DNA of 63,899 nucleotides, counting the filler, from Dimorphilus gyrociliatus (Eukaryota; Animalia; Annelida): the NCBI GenBank assembly GCA_904063045.1. It is 5 parts of 5 records of this genome, joined end to end, with 100 filler letters (N's around TTAATTAATTAA, not from the genome) between each part and the next. Parts side by side here need not be neighbours in the genome. Positions count along the whole stretch, not along the records: positions 48,717 to 58,860 come from CAJFCJ010000277.1; positions 58,961 to 63,899 come from CAJFCJ010000330.1; 3 more parts are not named here. One strand, written 5' to 3'. The position numbers and the translations under genes were made by a program. Positions 49,474 through 59,959 of this stretch are shown one piece after another. Each line of letters begins with the position of its first letter. Position 1 is the stretch's first letter. The notes below the pieces were generated by a model. The model saw only the letters and a program-made list of their open reading frames with translations, ran no database searches and was not told the DNA's origin.

Positions 49474-51330
49474 TTAGTTCATTAGTGTTTTAAATTTAAC
49501 TGAAAGCTCATCAAATTCGTATCTACCCTCACATAATCCATAAATAGTCTCAGCTACTGACTTATAGTTTATCCTAATCTGTTTCATTGTATTTCTTTCT
49601 CTAATTGTTACTGTTGAGTCTTCTAAAGTTCTATTATCAATGGTAATAAAATAAGGTATTCCTAATTCATCATAAGAAGCATATATTTTACCAATATGCA
49701 CTGGCCTTCTATTGATTAAAACATCGTTAAATTTAAACTGATTTTCTATTTTTTTGACATTGAAATCTAGTTTTTTAAGGAATAACACAACACATATATA
49801 AGGAGAAACTATGGGAGGTAAATTTAAATAGGACCTTCCCTCTCCTCTCTCTACATAACTTTGTTCCAATAAACAATAAAAAATCCTAGATAATCCAAAA
49901 CTAGGCTCAATCACAAAGGGAATTTCATTTTTTTGTTTTCTTGCTTTTTCAAAATAAACCTTTATAGTTTGACCCAAAAAACTGTATTCGGAAGTAAATT
50001 TTTCATATAAATCATTTTGATCCAATTGCTTAATATTAGTCTTCTTAGCAGAATTAGGATATGTAACAAAGAATTCTTCATCAATTTTAGTTATAGAAAT
50101 CTTAGGCATATCAACGTTTCTTGAATCACATGAAGTTTTAAAATTAGTGTTACTTTTTTCCAGAGTTCTATTTAGATTTTCAGAAATAGTGTTTACATCC
50201 TTAAAAACTTCAGATATACTCTGCTTAGGAACAGAAGTGTACAAACTTTTGTCAATTGTAAACTTATATTCTTCTTTGAAAGTATTGGTTGGAACTTCGA
50301 ACTTGGTATTTGAATAGGTATGATGCATTTTCAAATCATACTGACATCGATCAGCAAGGCCTGCTATCTCAATCCACCCATAACTTGTCAGTGCTTCGAT
50401 GTCCCAACAATCACTAGCGTAGTGTGCCATCTCATCTTTTCTGTGTTTCCTAAATTTAAATGTTTTGAGTCCGATAGCATTTAGAAACTTTGTAGATACA
50501 GCCATAAAATAAGCCATAGCTTCATTTTGTACTATTTTGTCATTCAAGGCTTTTTCAGCTGTAATTTTCATCAAATCCTCATTTTTAACACTTTCTTCAT
50601 CTTTAAATGATGGATCTATTGTTATTATTTGTTCCTTTACTTGATTATATTTAGAATGTTTAAAATCTAGTGTAAAGAACTCAAGTTCAATCTGTTCGAA
50701 CTCTCTTGTTCTTAAAAGACCCTTTGGACTTATTTCATTTCTAAATACTTTACCAACACTAAAAGATCCTAATGGTAGTTTTTGTCCATTGATTTCATAA
50801 AGTTTATTAAAATTTAAAAACTGTCCCTGGGCAGTTTCTGGTCTCAGATAACTTAAATTCATTGTTTTTGGACCAGAATAAGTTTTAAACATCAAATTAA
50901 ATTGAACAGCATTTCCCATAGGATTTCCTAAAGCTGACTTTATATTATGTTTTTTGATGAATTGGTTAATTTCATCAACTGTTAATGGTATTTGGACGTT
51001 TTTTAAATTTTCACTCTTTTCAACATAATCTTCTAAGAAATGGTCAGCTCTAAAACATTCATTAGTTACCAAATCAAATATTAAAATATCGTGAAATTTA
51101 TCTAAATGACCACTTGCTGCTAATACATCTTTAGATGTTACAATGGTTGTATCGAGCTCGTAAATATTTGAATCTTTAAAAAACCTTTTCCAGTTGTCTA
51201 TGATCTTGTTCTTTATTGCACAGCCATAAGGTCCATAGTCAAAGAACCCACTTAGTCCTCCATATGAACTAAAAGAAGGTGAAATAAAAAACCTATTTTC
51301 TAAAACTCTTTTAAAATTTTCGATGGACAT
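49474..51330 (-). CDS. GARS1: Glycyl-tRNA synthetase, eukaryotic alpha2 type, intronless
   Basis: GFFDYGPYG, YLRPETAQG, FRNEISP..LLRTREFEQ, MAHYASDCWD, GWIEIAGLADR..YDL, VIEPSFG, DELGIPYFITID; CCCC directly before the ATG. Confidence 0.96.
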   Translation of the reverse strand: MSIENFKRVLENRFFISPSFSSYGGLSGFFDYGPYGCAIKNKIIDNWKRFFKDSNIYELDTTIVTSKDVLAASGHLDKFHDILIFDLVTNECFRADHFLEDYVEKSENLKNVQIPLTVDEINQFIKKHNIKSALGNPMGNAVQFNLMFKTYSGPKTMNLSYLRPETAQGQFLNFNKLYEINGQKLPLGSFSVGKVFRNEISPKGLLRTREFEQIELEFFTLDFKHSKYNQVKEQIITIDPSFKDEESVKNEDLMKITAEKALNDKIVQNEAMAYFMAVSTKFLNAIGLKTFKFRKHRKDEMAHYASDCWDIEALTSYGWIEIAGLADRCQYDLKMHHTYSNTKFEVPTNTFKEEYKFTIDKSLYTSVPKQSISEVFKDVNTISENLNRTLEKSNTNFKTSCDSRNVDMPKISITKIDEEFFVTYPNSAKKTNIKQLDQNDLYEKFTSEYSFLGQTIKVYFEKARKQKNEIPFVIEPSFGLSRIFYCLLEQSYVERGEGRSYLNLPPIVSPYICVVLFLKKLDFNVKKIENQFKFNDVLINRRPVHIGKIYASYDELGIPYFITIDNRTLEDSTVTIRERNTMKQIRINYKSVAETIYGLCEGRYEFDELSVKFKTLMN

Positions 51331-52077
51331 GGGGTTATCTTTTTTGTTTTTTTTTTCAAATAAGACTTATTTTTACGTCTATAAAACTGTGATAATATAA
51401 AATTCCGTATTTAGTAAATATTTGAAATGAATTGAAGTATATAAAAAAAGATTGAGATATCGTCATATTTTTTCGCAAAAATTACCAAAAATAATAGTGA
51501 CGTAATTTAATAAAAAGTAAAAGTTTAGAGCAGCTAAGATAACTTTAAAAATCTTCTTATAAATTTTATTATTATGAAAAACTTAAACTGGTAAGTTTTT
51601 GCCTTTTTATAATACATAACTATTAAATTAATGAAACAACATCCTTTTATTATCTAAAAGCAAAGTTATGCTATAATTATAAATATTTGGATATTGAATG
51701 ACCTCATTTATTTATCTATTTAACGATACACTTTTAAATTTGCTTTTTGTTTATCCTTTTTTCTTTCAATTGGTTGTTTTATCTTATCAGTTATTTTCCT
51801 ATTAATGTTATCTTAGAAGAGTATTCACTAAGAAAATCCAACAGGAAAAAAAAGATATAATCGCCATTTTAATCAAATAAATTTATTTTATACTGATTTT
51901 TTAAGTTTCTATATTAAAAGACTTACTTTTATAGTATTTCTATGATAAAATAATATGAAAATTTTCGTACTCTTTTCTCTATATTTAGGTTAGTTAACAT
52001 ATTTGTATATTATTATTTAGAACAGCTTTGATATCAAAAATCCTATATTTTTATAGCAAACGATAAAAATTTAAATC

Positions 52078-53064
52078 GGTAAAAGGGATTTTTGGGGTAC
52101 AGCTATATTTGCTTCTTAAAAAAAATAAACATATTTTTAGATTTAAAACGTTTTTTTATTAATTTTCATCCGAGCCAAAATTTTAAAAAAGGATTTTCCG
52201 TTTTTAGAAATAAATAGTCTTCGATATATGATTTTATATTTGGTTTTATGTTACTCCCTCTTGTTTTTAAATAGTATTTGAGCCATTTCCATTGATTTTC
52301 TATGTTCTGAGTATGCTTTTCTCTGTTTTCAGGGTCTACAAATACATCTTTGTGTTTAATAGTAAAATGACCATATTCAAGTAACTTCACTCCATTATAG
52401 CCTTTCCACTCGTCAGTTATAATAACTGAATATTCTTCTACATTCTTTATTATTATTTTAGATAATGTTTCTTCATCTCTTTTTGTGACAACCTCAAAGA
52501 AACACTCTTTTGTAGCTCTACAGAAACCACCTACTACCCATATCTGCTCTATTATTCTTCCTTTGTTATTTTTCCTTTTACTGACGGCACTCTCATCAAT
52601 TTCAATAATTCTACCGCCGCCCCCTATTTTTTTTCTGAAAAGTCATCATATCGTCTACGAATAATTTTTAAAATACTATTATATAATGTTTTGGTGATGT
52701 TATATTCATTATAAATTTGGATTGGTGGTGTTTTAATGCTCCATTCATATATTATAAAAATGATGTTTTTTAACGATGATTTAATATTGTCGAAATAAGA
52801 CATCTTACGTATAGAAACTTTTATATTATTACATTTTCTCGTCTTACAAAGCCAAATGAAACCATCTATGTTATGATGTGGTACCAAAACCATCGCCTTT
52901 TTACAGCTTTTACACAAAAATTTTTTCTTCAATAAACCCAAATCCATCATCCATGATAAAAATCTACTCGGATGAAAATTAATAAAAAAACGTTTTAAAT
53001 CTAAAAATATCTTTATTTTTATTTAAGAAGCAAATATAGCTGTACCCCAAAAATCCTTTTTACC
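52078..53064 (-). mobile_element. Merlin (IS1595/ISXO2-like) DNA transposon with ~100-bp TIRs; transposase split by one frameshift
   Basis: GGTAAAAGGGATTTTTGGGGTACAGCT... versus ...AGCTGTACCCCAAAAATCCTTTTTACC. Zn-finger ORF 52624-52950, then IGG..IEIDES / ITDEWKGY / HTQNIENQWK. No clear TSD. Confidence 0.88.
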
Positions 53065-53823
53065 GAATATTTTTATAGTTTCTTAATAAAAAAGTAGGAG
53101 ATAAATATAAAAATATAAATCTCTTTAAAATGAATAGTATATACTAAATAGAGATGATAACTAAAGATAAATATTAAACATATTTAATGATTTTAAAAAA
53201 ATATGTAAACTAGCTAAAAAGTGTGAATTTTAGTGAATTAATTATTAGTATAAATACTGATTAATTAAATAATCTATAATAATGTTGACGTAAAAGAAGA
53301 ACAAGAAGCCTTTCAAGAGTAAAAAGTGTAATATAAAATGCCCCTCAGTAGAAGGATTTTTTGTTTTTTAAAGCTAGTATTAATATTAAAGAGCTTTAAA
53401 TATATTGATGAAAACCTAATTAGAAGTAATACGAATAAAAGATTGTTTTTGTTATTTTCTATTTACATATTATTTTATACATACATCTTCTTTAAAAATT
53501 GGTGTTTAAGTTTTTATGTGAGATTTTTTCTTATCTTTTAAACTGATTTTGGTAGATTTAAAGTCAAGAATAACTCATCCATGTAAATTAAATTTCATAT
53601 AAATAAAACTGAGAACTAACACACTAGCAAATAATATATATTAATTCATTGGTACTACTGAAGAAAAGTATCTCTGTGGTGGAATCCTCATCTTTGGCAA
53701 AGCAGATTTCTTTGAAATTGATTATTAGTCCTTATGAATATAGATTGGAACCATAAAACCATATTTTTCATTTATAGACAGTGCAATTCAGCTTTTATTA
53801 AATATAAATGCTGTACAAACATA

Positions 53824-55308
53824 CAGTGGAGGAAAAAAAAAACGGATCATTTCTAAAAAATAATTAATCCTTCTATTTATGAACATCTTTTAATAAAATA
53901 TTATTCACTACATATAATCAAATATATTTACCTTTCTCAAGTATTTTTTTAATATAATTTTATTGATGTTTAACCAAAAAAATCCAAAAATTTCATGATA
54001 AGGTGGAAAAAAAAACGGATCATTTCATATTTATCCTATTTCCCTCCATAAATGATGATAATTCTCCTTAATTTGTACCCCTCAATGGGAAAACATATTA
54101 CACCTGAAGTTTTCGGTCAGATAAAAGCAATGAGAGCTCTAAAAATTCCATATAGGGAAATATCAGAAAAACTGAAAATTCCGTATACAACTGTTTATAG
54201 ACATGGTGTTTTATGTAATAAAACTGACAATCTAATAAGAAAAACAGGTTCAGGGCGAAAGAGATCACTTTCACAAGAACATTTTAGATTTATTAAATCT
54301 AAAATGGATGAAGATAAAAATTGTACGCCCAAAAAGCTATCAAAACTATTAGATGAAAATCATGGAATAGTTGTTTCCAGAAGGACCATCTCTAACCATC
54401 TAAACAAGATAGGATTTCAAAGTGTAGTTCCTTGTTTCAGACCACTTCTAACAGCTAGACATAAGATTGCTAGATACGAGATATCTAAAAATTGGTTAAC
54501 AAAGCCAATAGAGTGGTGGAAGCAAGTTATATTCTCAGATGAAAGCAAGTTTAATTTATTTGGGAATGATGGTAAGCATAAAAAATGGATTCCTGCTGGG
54601 AAAAGGTTAGATCCCCGATATTCAATTAAAACAATCAAATACGGAGGCGGATCAGTGATGGTTTGGGGTTGTTTTTCATATCATGGTGTGGGGAAGCTTG
54701 TTTTTATAGATGAAATAATGGATGCCTCTTTATATGTAAACATTCTAGCGCAAAATCTTCAAGCATCAAGTGAAAATATGGGACTCACCAATTACTTCTT
54801 TCAACAAGACAATGACCCTAAGCATACATCAAAGCTAGCGAAGGCATATTTTAGAGAAAATAATATAAAATTAATAAGCTGGGCATCTAACTCGCCCGAT
54901 TTAAACCCAATTGAAAACCTCTGGGCTATTATTAAGAGGAATTTAAAGGATAAAACACCAAAAAACAAGAGAGAGTTAAAAAGGTTAATAATAGAAGAAT
55001 GGATGAAAATATCCCCAGATTTGTGTAGAAAACTAGTAATAGGAATGCCACAAAGAGCTAGACAATGTTATCTAACAAAGGGAGACCATATTAATAAATA
55101 AATATGAAATGATCCGTTTTTTTTTCCACCTTATCATGAAATTTTTGGATTTTTTTGGTTAAACATCAATAAAATTATATTAAAAAAATACTTGAGAAAG
55201 GTAAATATATTTGATTATATGTAGTGAATAATATTTTATTAAAAGATGTTCATAAATAGAAGGATTAATTATTTTTTAGAAATGATCCGTTTTTTTTTTC
55301 CTCCACTG
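53824..55308 (+). mobile_element. Intact Tc1-family (DD34E) transposon with 211-bp IR/DR-type TIRs and TA TSD
   Basis: TA|CAGTGG...CCACTG|TA; TIRs 53824-54034 and 55098-55308, each with outer and inner copies of GGAAAAAAAAACGGATCATTTC. Confidence 0.96.
54085..55101 (+). CDS. Tc1 transposase, uninterrupted
   Basis: Likely start MGKHIT at 54085; HTH and GRKR; FSDESKF, KYGGGSVMVWG, FQQDNDPKH, SPDLNPIENLW, with 34 residues between the second D and E. Confidence 0.93.
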   Translation: MGKHITPEVFGQIKAMRALKIPYREISEKLKIPYTTVYRHGVLCNKTDNLIRKTGSGRKRSLSQEHFRFIKSKMDEDKNCTPKKLSKLLDENHGIVVSRRTISNHLNKIGFQSVVPCFRPLLTARHKIARYEISKNWLTKPIEWWKQVIFSDESKFNLFGNDGKHKKWIPAGKRLDPRYSIKTIKYGGGSVMVWGCFSYHGVGKLVFIDEIMDASLYVNILAQNLQASSENMGLTNYFFQQDNDPKHTSKLAKAYFRENNIKLISWASNSPDLNPIENLWAIIKRNLKDKTPKNKRELKRLIIEEWMKISPDLCRKLVIGMPQRARQCYLTKGDHINK

Positions 55309-55499
55309 TATATTGTCCACTAAAATGTGGCGATAGTATAAACCTTAAAAAATAAAAGAGAAGATGTCACTATATATATAAATGCTCTTTTCAACTTTTC
55401 AAAGGAACCAAAACTAAACTCCCAACTTTATTAGTTTCAATATATTGTATCATTGGTAATAGCAGTAACTACTTTTTTACTGCTCTGGTGAACTGTTTG

Positions 55500-55990
55500 G
55501 AAAATAGTTTTAGCAAGTTGAAAAATTATTTTATGGAAATAATGGTGCATAAAGCTGAAATATAGGCGGTAAAGGTGAATATGTAGAGATTTGAGTGACT
55601 GTGGTATGTAGAAATGAAACTATGAGCTGCCCTGGTTCCATTGATGATGAAACTCTTGGCATAGCCTGTTTATATGGTAGGATTAAAAGGCATAATCCAA
55701 GGAATTTTAGACTTAAAGTAGTACCAGACAGCAAATCTAATATACTAACCCATGTTATGGACACTCATGTACGTATAAATAGTGATGTTGTGAACGATGG
55801 CTATCCACAATATCCTAGGACGGCAAAGAGTATATATTCTTCATACATAATTGTACCTCATATTAATAGATTTGTTACTCCAGAACGAGGTGCCTACTAA
55901 CAACATAGAGAACCTGTAAAGTCACATAAAATCTCACATAAAGGAGCCCATGGTATTACTCATTATACCTTACTAGTTTTCTTAACAACT
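55500..55990 (+). pseudogene. Degenerate Merlin/ISXO2-like transposase relic
   Basis: IGGKGEYVEI*, VVPD..., NDGYPQY, H..RFV.PE.GA/TNNIENL*. Confidence 0.7.
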
Positions 55991-56257
55991 CACCTTTAGA
56001 TTTTTTTAACCTAATTTTACAAAATTGCAAAAAGAAGTATCTTTATTAGAATTTGTTAACAAATGTTTCTAAATTATTTAAAAAAAACAATATTATTTTC
56101 CTCCTTTTTTTAGTATAAAAAAATCCACCTGGGGGAATCTTCTTTAGGAGCACTAATTCATTTTATACAATAAATTTCGTCTATTTAAAATTAATTAATC
56201 AAAATGAATTATTTTAATTTGTAATAGCTGCGGTGATATCATCAAAGATCTTTTTTC

Positions 56258-57293
56258 GGAGCAGGGGTCGTTTTTTTCCCATATTCAACATCCGAGTCTT
56301 TTTTTTCCCATATCAAATAAACAAATTAAATATTGTTTTAACGAATTAAATTTAAAAATTTCAAAATTATTATTTGATATATTATCAATCCACATCCATT
56401 CTTGTAAGTAAACTTTTAAGTCACCAGTTCCAACACCTAATTTAGTTTTTAGTCTCGATTTCAATTTATTCCAAAGAGATTCGACATGTTGGGTATGAAC
56501 TCCTGTATCAGGATTTATAAAATTATATTTATGGTTCACTGTACCATGTTGAAAATAATCTTTCAGTCTATCATATGCAGCCCATGAATTACTCCATATT
56601 ATTGATCCATCTTTACATATATCTGATATTATGGATAGTAAGGTTGATGCTTTTTTATTCTTTACAACTTCTACATAATATTTGGCGGGTGTATAAGATG
56701 TATCAACTATACCAAACCCCACCTGTTTCCTTGACTTATTCTTCCAACATTGTATTTTTGCTTATAATGAAACATAGATTCATCGATCTGACAAATCAAG
56801 CCCTGACCGCCAAGTTTATAACAATTTTCACTGAAATATGTAGATATTTTACTCCTTATTTTTTTAAAAACTTTCTTTACTACTGTTCTTCCTAAGTTAA
56901 AATCTGATACTAATGATGCTTGTGTCTTAAACCTAAAAAAATAATAACATGAAATAATAATTAAACCCAAACTGATGTTAAACTCCTCAAAAAAACTACC
57001 TCTCCTAATAGATATATATTTTTGGAACTGTGAACAGTTTTTTTTATAACAGATCCAAGCTTGGCCATCTTTATTTTTTTTATATTTTACCTTTTTAAGT
57101 ATATTATTGCAAGCTTCGCAAAGCATAGAACTACGAAGTAGTTCCTTTTCAGTTAGAAAGTTTATTAAACCTTCATTATTCTGTGATATTTGTAAAACAA
57201 ACTCCAAATCCATTCTCATACTATTAAGGGTTAAATAATAAAAAAAATTCCGAGCCTTTTTTCCCATATATGGGAAAAAAGCGACCCTGCTCC
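56258..57293 (-). mobile_element. Third Merlin element (~27-bp imperfect TIRs), frameshifted transposase with the second catalytic Asp replaced by Asn
   Basis: GGAGCAGGGGTCG-TTTTTTTCCCATAT versus the reverse complement of the right end. LGGQGLICQIDESMF, frameshift near 56720, IWSNSWAAY, HTQHVESLW. Confidence 0.85.
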
Positions 57294-57653
57294 AAAAAAG
57301 GTTTTATATAAACGTCATCATATAATTCTTTCCCTATTTACTCAAAATAATCTATTATATAGAACTATATAAATTTTTAAGAATGAATAAAATATTATCT
57401 TAGTCAATTAACAGTAATTATAAATTTAGTGACTAAATTTATTATTATCAAGAATACAAGGTTTTGGTTTCACATTAAAAAGGTTAATTGTAATTTATGT
57501 AACTAAATGCCTAAAATTTTTATAAAGGGGAAGTAACACATAGTCCTTATACACTCTTCTGAGATGGTGTTTATAAATAAGAAAAAAATGGCGCACTTTA
57601 AGAAATCGCATTTTGAAAAGCATTTCACTAAAAAACGTTTAATTAGTAATAAT

Positions 57654-58376
57654 TCATCCGTTTAAAGTCGCAACTACGTCATCAAAGATCTTTTTTCTTG
57701 CCTTATACCTTATCTTTACGTTTTTATCTTCAGATAACTCACCTGGAACCAACAATGATAAAATATCATTAAAACCGAGCTTTTTTAGTTCTTCTTCCTT
57801 TTCGCCATATGCCATCTTAATACAATCATTAAAGAAAGCAATAGTATCTTGCCCTGTTTTAGCATTTAAGGTCTCAAGTCTTGCAGGTGCTGCTACATAA
57901 TCAACACCACCTAGTCTTTTCATATCTTCATAATACTCCTTCCCTGTTATCTGTAACAATCCTCTACCAAAATAATTACCATCTGATGCGGATCTAAACC
58001 TCTTATGAGTTACAAAGTACTTAAAAGCAGAAGTATTATGAATTGCATTAACTATAAACAGTACTCGCAGATTATCATATTTTATATTCGAATATACATC
58101 CTCTAGTAAATCATGAACTTTTGCTTTCGTACCTTTATCCATCTTTGGGTATGGTATTTCTTCAAGGTGAGCTATTATTCTACTTATAAAGTTGTTCTTT
58201 GTAAATGGTTTCAGTTTTACATTATTATCAATTATCCCATTATTAATGCCAGGACGGGGGAAGGGTCTTGGTGGTAAAGAAGTAGAAACATATAAGCTTT
58301 TCATGAAACATGAAAGAATTTCGATACCTACTGAGATATACAAGAGTTTGAGAATCATATTATTAACGAACTTCAT
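57654..58376 (-). CDS. Secreted GH19 chitinase-like protein, probably catalytically inactive
   Basis: YFGRGLLQITGKEYY (GH19 signature); HNT instead of HE[T/S]; N-terminal hydrophobic segment; CCC directly before the ATG. Confidence 0.75.
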   Translation of the reverse strand: MKFVNNMILKLLYISVGIEILSCFMKSLYVSTSLPPRPFPRPGINNGIIDNNVKLKPFTKNNFISRIIAHLEEIPYPKMDKGTKAKVHDLLEDVYSNIKYDNLRVLFIVNAIHNTSAFKYFVTHKRFRSASDGNYFGRGLLQITGKEYYEDMKRLGGVDYVAAPARLETLNAKTGQDTIAFFNDCIKMAYGEKEEELKKLGFNDILSLLVPGELSEDKNVKIRYKARKKIFDDVVATLNG

Positions 58377-58860
58377 GGGTTGAAAATAGCTTCATCTTAT
58401 ATAGACCTTTAATCATATATTAAGTCATTTTGATTAAAAAGTAAATAACAACAAAAGAACGAATACAAGTTTATTTAGCTCAAATTAATAATAATTAGTT
58501 TGTTTTGTGGTTTTGAATATCAAATACTGTCTTTGATTTGAAGAATTGTATTCTGATTTAATTTATTAGAAGCTTTAATATTAAACAGTAATTAGCTGTT
58601 TATATTAGTGTATGTACATTATTAAGAAGGTGTAGTGCTCCTTTCTATTTAAAAGTATGTCATAAATCAATATAAACGTTTCTCTATAATATTTTTTTAT
58701 ATTTTTTTAGGTGTAGAATTATTACAAAGAAATAAGAAAGTTTCACTATTAGAATACTCTTAAAAGATGTTCTATCAACTAAACAATAAGTTTATCAATT
58801 TGATTATCTGAACTGTAAATCTAAGCTTGTAAACCTGAACTTAAAAATTTACAGAAATCA

Positions 58861-58960
58861 NNNNNNNNNNNNNNNNNNNNNNNNNNNNNNNNNNNNNNNN
58901 NNNNTTAATTAATTAANNNNNNNNNNNNNNNNNNNNNNNNNNNNNNNNNNNNNNNNNNNN
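58861..58960. other. Artificial contig spacer
   Basis: N44-TTAATTAATTAA-N44. Confidence 0.97.
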
Positions 58961-59594
58961 GTACCATAACATCCTTTTGGGAGACTATTAGATACTTCAA
59001 TTGATACCCATTGTTTTGAACCGTTACATGTTTTACATTCAACATCTGTTTTGTCAGCTAATAGTCCACAGTCTTCACAGTCTGTTCCACAAGATTTGCA
59101 AACTGCTGCATTTGCTCCTGCTAGAATTACAGCACTTCCTGTAGGACAAGATCTACAAAAACAAGCTTCATTTTCATCATTCACTTTTTTGGTTACACAA
59201 GCTAAATCAGTTGGACAACTTGTAGCACAAGTTTTACTTGCAAATGAAAACTTTTTGTTATTTGTATTGGTCCCTTTAGAGGCACAAGGAGATCTTAGAC
59301 ATTCCACTTTGTCACCAATCACTTCACAGTAGTCAGAGTTCGAAATTGAACATGACAAACAAGAATCAATGGCTCCACTATTTGCATTGTATTTAGGTGC
59401 ATATTTTGAACTACATTTTAAGCATGTTAGAGTAGAACCTCTCTTTTTACAGTAATCATAACCTGAAGGACAAGAAACACAATTTCCAGTATGATCATCA
59501 AAAGCAAATCCCTTTTGACATTTCGAAGCATAACAAATTGGTGAAGATGCAGAAGAAGATTTGAAATAGCATTTTAAACAATTTCCAGGACAAA
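58961..59594 (-). CDS. Cys-rich (furin-like/growth-factor-receptor-type CxxC repeat) exon, truncated by the contig end
   Basis: Acceptor aatacag at 59595; the frame is open upstream of the listed ORF (CPGNCLKC...CVSCPSGYDYC...CLKCSSKY...CKSCGTDCEDC). Confidence 0.75.
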
Positions 59595-59959
59595 CTGTAT
59601 TATTAAAAGTTATTCATTAGTTTCCACAGAATATCAATGAATCAGAAAACTTTTGATAAAGTAGTTTGACTAACCTATACATTTTCCATCACTTTTCCTT
59701 CCCCATGACTTACCACCTTCATTTTCAACACAAAGAAAAAGTTTTTCATTAATCAACTTAATGATAAGATTTTCATTCAAAGAGAAAAAGTCAAAAAATT
59801 TTTATATTTTTCAATTTGGAACAGTGACTGTTGGCTAATACTGTTATTATGTATTCCTATCATGTGCATTGAGTATTTTGTCATAAACTACTCAGGGATC
59901 AATTGTATATGGGCCTGTGAATTCAGGCTGTAAATGAGCTAACTGACAACATTTCTGTT

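Noticed and set aside
53338-53541. 67-aa hydrophobic ORF in the microsporidian contig
   Set aside because: It is extremely AT-rich and low-complexity with no recognisable motif; likely spurious.
52078-57293. IS1595/ISXO2-like and IS630-like transposases as evidence of bacterial contamination
   Set aside because: The flanking genes are eukaryotic-type (alpha2 GlyRS with eukaryotic motifs, Dre2), and Merlin and Tc1 are the eukaryotic members of these families.
21877-58960. Regularly repeated TTAATTAATTAA as a CRISPR-like or biological repeat
   Set aside because: It is always centred in exactly 88 Ns, so it is an assembly linker. No CRISPR array was seen anywhere in the window.
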